Assembly: GCF_009914755.1 (NCBI RefSeq)
Contig: NC_060938.1
DNA: 64,000 nt
Source: the human T2T-CHM13v2.0 reference genome, Homo sapiens
Strand: one strand, 5' to 3'
Shown piece by piece: positions 58,221-64,000 of this stretch. The notes beneath the pieces are model-generated. The model saw only the letters and a program-made list of their open reading frames with translations. It was not told where the DNA came from and searched no databases. The position numbers and the translations under genes were made by a program. How positions within the stretch are numbered: position 1 is the stretch's first letter; every line of letters starts with the position of its first letter.

Positions 58221-59632
58221 CATTCTTTTTTAAAATCTGTTTTTAATATTTTTTATATTACAAAAGAAATATATGCTTGGTAAAAAATGTGAAACAATCA
58301 AGGGTATAAATAAAATCTTCATCCTCCCTAGTTTTTCATTACGGCACTATTTCTTGCCTTTCTTCCTACTTCTCTGAGCAGACTTCATCTGACTTTTCTT
58401 TGTATACTCTTTGTCCTCTTCCTGATCTTCACTTGTTTTTCCTTTCAGCTTTCATTTTAAGAAACCGGGGTACATGTGCAGGTTTGTTACATGAGTAAAT
58501 TGCATGTTGCAGTGGTTTGGTATACAAATTATTTCATCACGCAGATAGTGAGCATAGTACCTGATAGGTAGTTTTTTGATTCCCCCCATCTTCTCACCCT
58601 CCACTCCACTAGTAGGCCCCAGTGTCTATTGTTCCCTTATTTGTGTTCATGTGTACACAATGTTTAGCTCTCACTTATGGTGAGAAAATATGGTATTTGG
58701 TTTTCTGGTCCTGTGTTAATTCTCATAGGACAATGGCCTCCAGTTTCATCCAGATTGCTGCAAAGGACATGATTTTTTTTATGACTGTGTAGTATTCCAT
58801 GGTGTCTATGTACCATGTTTAAAAAAATCCAGTTTAAAAAATCCCATTTAAAAAAAATCCACTGTTGATGGGCATCTAGGTTCATTCCATGTCTGCAATT
58901 GTGAATACTACTACAATGAACATATGTGTGTATGTGTTCTTATCGTAGAGCAATTTATATTCTTTCAGGTATATACCCAGTAATAGAATTGCTGGGTGGA
59001 ATAGTATTTCTATTTTAAGTTCTTTGAGAAATCTCCAAACTGCTTTCCACAGTGGCTGAACTAACTTACATTCCCACCAGCAGTGTTTACCTGTTCTCTT
59101 TTCTCCACAGCATTGCGAGTATCTGTTGTTTTTTGACATTTTAACAACTGCTATCCTGTCTGGTGTTAGATGGTATCTCATTGTGGTTTTGATTTGCATT
59201 TTTCTAGTGATTAGTGATGTTGAGCATTTTTTCATATGCTTGTTGGCCATGTGTATGTCTTCTTTTGAGAAGTGTCTGTTCATGTCCATTGCCCATTTTT
59301 TAATGGGGTTTTCTGGGTTTTTTTTGCTTATTTGTTTAAATTCCTTACAGATTCTGGACATTAGACCTTTGTCTGACACATAGTTTGCAAATATTTTCTC
59401 CCATTCTGCAGATTGTCTGTTTACTCTGTTGATAGTTTCTTTTGCTGTGTAATAGCTCTCTAGTTTAATTAGGTCCCATTCGTCAGTTTTTGTTTTTGTT
59501 TCAATTGCGTTCAGAGTCTTTGTTGTAAAACCTGTGTCAGGGCCTATGTCCAGAAAGGTATTCCCTAAGTTTTCTTCTAGGATTTTTATAGTTTTAGGTT
59601 TTACATTTAAGTCTTTAATCCATCTTGAGTTT

Positions 59633-60531
<899 letters not shown>

Positions 60532-61390
60532 TTGAGTTTATTTTTGTATATGGTGAAAGAAAGGGGTCAAGTTTCAATCTTCTGCATATGGCAAGCCAGT
60601 TATCTCAGCACCATTTATGAATGGGGAGTCCTTTCTCCATTGCTTGTTATTGTTGACTTTGTTAAAGATCAGATGGTTGTGGATGTGTGGCTTTATTTCT
60701 TGGTTCTCTGCTGTGTTTCACTGGTCTATGTATTTGTATTTGCATCAGTACTATGATGTTTTAGTTACCGTAGCCTTGTTGTATTGTTTGAAGTCAGGTA
60801 GTGTGATGCCTCTGGCTTTGTTCTTTGTGCTTAGGATTGCTTTGGCTAGTCAGATTCTTTTTTGGTTCCATATGAATTTCAGTATAGCTTTTTCTAATTC
60901 TGTGAAAAATGTTGTTGGTAGTTTGATAGGAATAGCATTGAATCTGTAAATTGGTTTGGGCAGTATGGCCATTTTAACAATATTAATTCCTCCTATCCAC
61001 AAGCATGGAACGCTTTTCCACTTGTTTGTGTTGGCTCTGATTTCTTTCAGAAGTGTTTTGTAATTCTCTTTGTAGAGATCTCTCACCTTCCTCATTGGCT
61101 GTATTCCTAGGTGTTTTATTCTTTCTGTGGCCATTATGAGTGAGATTGCATTCTTGATTTGGCTCTCAGCGTGGACCTTTTTGGTGTATAGATATGCCAC
61201 TGATTCTTGTACATTGATTTTGTATCCTGAAACTTTGCTGGAGTTGTTTATCAGATCTGGGAGCCTTTGGCCAGAGACTATGGGGTTTTCTGGGTATAGA
61301 ATCCTATCATCTGCAAGGAGAGATAGTTTGACTTCCTCTCTTCCTGTTTGGATACCTTTTATTTCTCTCTCTTGCCTGATTGCTCTGGCT

Positions 61391-62552
61391 GTCTTCCTGA
61401 CCTTTAAATGGTGGAGTTCTCTAAGATTCTATGTTCAATCCTCTTCATGTCTTATTGTAAACATTCCCTCTGGCATCCACATTCAAAGCTTCAATAATAT
61501 CTCTAGCTCAGACTTATTTTTGAGTCTAGAAAGAAGAATCTCACTTATCAGGCAACTACACTTGGATATCTCAAAAGGATCTCAAGCTGAAAATGTCCCA
61601 AAAGTACTCCCTACCTCTCAAAACTCACTGCTTTTTCCATTTTTCTTATTATAGTGAGCGATACTACCTTCCATCTACCCCATTGCCCAAACAAAATCCT
61701 GAGAGTTATTTAAAGATTTTTTTCTTTTTCCTTTCTACTCACATCTAATCAATCAATAGCTACTGTTGATTCTATTTCCTAAATATGCCTTACATCTTTC
61801 TCCTCTCTTCTAGCCCTACTATCTCTGTACATTAGAATGCTTCAGATTTTCAGCATCCCTTGGCTGGAATATTGCAGTAGCTTAATGACTATTTTTTCTG
61901 CTTCTAAGATGTTGTCTCCCAGTTTATTTTGACATTTTCTAATCAAAGCCGATCATGTTACATGAAATTTATCAATGACTCTCTATGGCCTATGGAATAA
62001 AAACTACGTTCTTAAGCATGGCATAAAATGAATTTCTGTGATTTGTCTACAGATTCCTGATGATACCTCATCTTCTATCACTACTGTCATATTTTATTTT
62101 CCAGCAATAATAAACTACTAGTGGTTGTTTATGTAGGCAAATTGTACCATACCTCCATGTCTTGGCATGTGATTTTCTCTCTGCTTGGAGCAGCAGTCCT
62201 CTTCACTTCTCTTTGTTCTTATTCATTCTTCAAGTTCCATCTCAAAAGCTACCTTCTCTATGAAGTCTTCCCACACTTCATCATAGAACCTTAATTCCCC
62301 TCTTATATCCCCCTCATATATTGCACATGCCTACAATATAGAGATTAGCTAACTGTTATTAAATTATTTAAATGAATGAGCATATAATCTTCTCAGAGCT
62401 ATCCCCCATGCCAGGGCATTTTGATAACTACAAATAGCTATTTTCATGAAACTGTGAGATCCTTCAGGACAAGAACTATATTGGCCTAGTGCCAGATATA
62501 CAGCATGTTGACAAATAAGCAAGCACTCAATATATGTGTATTAAATGTTGAC
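61391..62552 (+). mobile_element. L2 3' ~1.1 kb (probably continuing fragments at ~56730-57340 and ~58330-58430)
   Basis: cacttggatatctcaaa...cccattgcccaaac...ctgtgagatccttcaggacaag...gcactcaatatatgtg. Confidence 0.72.
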
Positions 62553-63239
62553 TGTACTCTGATATTGATCCTCCCATTAGTGCAAATGGCACTATAGCTA
62601 TGCAGAATCGCAAAACAAAAAAAACAAAAAAACTTGAAGAACATTAGCTGATGGTTATACGCAAATTCTTCACTACCAGAAAATAGCATGCCTATCTGTC
62701 ATCATGAGAACAACACCTAAAACTACATAGAAAAACAACACAAGTCATTAGTCTCCCATCTTTCGTAAGCAAGCGCTAAGTATTAAATTACCTTTCTAGG
62801 GACATATTTTTTTCTTTACCATAAGTGATCATGTATATATTTTGAAAACATTGGTCAAAACTTTTATACTATTTATCTTACAAGAACTTTAGGCATTAAT
62901 CTTCTCAGAGCTATCCCCCACGCCGGGGCATTTTGATAACTACAAATAGCTATCTTAAAACTTCAAATCAAAACATTTTCATGGTAGCAGGTTCCCTAAG
63001 GAAATATGCAATGAATTTTCTTTATTTATTTGAGGGCTACATTTGGCTTAGGCTGACCCCAAAGCATAATGCCTTTACATTATAAGCATGAGTTACTACA
63101 TCTTACTTGACTTTAATGTCATTGTGTCTTGTTTGTGAGCTGTCCTTCTTGACAACGCTAACGGTTAATGGATAAAGTTATTTGGGAAAGAGATTTCATG
63201 CTACTCTGAGAAAATGTCAGAGTTGAAAAATCAGCTAGA

Positions 63240-63400
63240 AGTAAAGACAATAATACCCTAAGTCTAAAAATCTGGTCATTCTATCACACTGTTAGTGCCT
63301 GCATTTACTGGTTCTTCAAGACTCTAAAAAGGGAGTGAAAAAACTAAGCTGCCTTCTTAGCTCTCACGGGTGGTGTGAGGATTAGGGAGATAAGAGTTAG
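63240..63400 (+). mobile_element. MIR fragment
   Basis: ctcacgggtggtgtgaggattagggagata. Confidence 0.45.
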
Positions 63401-63667
63401 ACTGTAGAGCTCACCAGTAAACAGATTGGAGTTTCTCTCCTTTAATAGCTAATGCAGAATGTTTTGGTGAAACCAGCAAATTTGTTACCAGACGGCTCAA
63501 ACTTTGTCCTCTGATGCATCTTGGAGGCCACAGAGAAGTAGGAGTAGTTCTCCCTAAAGCAGACCTAAATCATGGTCATGACTTTTACACTTGTTTTCAT
63601 GATATTGGTGAAGGAAAAAATAACTTTTTTTCTCGTACTAAATGAATCCGCCTATTGAGACCCATTT

Positions 63668-63900
63668 GAAGAGAAAGAGTGAAAAACATGAGAGAGAAGA
63701 GAGAGAAGAAAAAAAGAGTAAAAGGTATTTGATGGAGGGAAAGAAGAATGAGAGGGGGTAGAGGAAGAAGAAATGGAAAGAGCAAAAGGGCAGAGAAAGA
63801 AAGAAAAAGTGTGTGTGTGTTTGTGTGTGTGCTGCACGCACGCATGTGCAGAGTGGGTCTGAAAGAGGGACAGAGGAAGAGGAAAAAGAGAAAGATAATA
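63668..63900 (+). repeat. GA-rich low-complexity tract with short (TG)n
   Basis: Seen directly. Confidence 0.85.
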
Positions 63901-64000
63901 GGAATCATCAACTAGATTCTCTAGCAGCTCTCACTTGCTTAAAATTAGTGGAAACAAATGATGGTCTTCTCCCTAGAGTTCTCTCAAGTTATTTTCCCTT

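Overview
Non-coding primate genomic DNA (AluY/AluS/AluJ, L1PA, MER41; human or another catarrhine). I could not identify the locus. No cellular protein-coding gene, CpG island, tRNA, rRNA or CRISPR array is supportable. Nearly all ORF-track entries are Alu, microsatellite or chance frames; the only real protein homology is degraded L1 ORF2p (58.9-61.2 kb). The window has two domains. (1) About 1.4-22.4 kb is repeat-poor, with a ~10 kb stretch lacking recognisable transposons, CpG-retaining AT-rich patches, clustered TF motifs and two candidate exons; it looks like a constrained intronic/enhancer region. (2) About 22.4-64 kb is transposon-dense: ~27 Alu copies/fragments, L2/MIR, nested L1s, MER1A, MER1B, Tigger3b, MER3, MER81, a MER41 LTR, LTR33, MLT2 and a complete MaLR (LTR-int-LTR). 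The most unusual signal is five short (30-57 bp) non-tandem local duplications with template-switch hallmarks: one is bracketed by a 19-bp inverted repeat, and one is copied from an L2 into a younger Tigger3b. Also notable are a MER41 LTR with an intact CArG box and GAS site, and an unclassified 447-bp direct-repeat-flanked insert with a strong CTCF motif. I found no evidence of a new multi-gene biological system. Repeat subfamily names come from recalled consensus sequences and need RepeatMasker confirmation.
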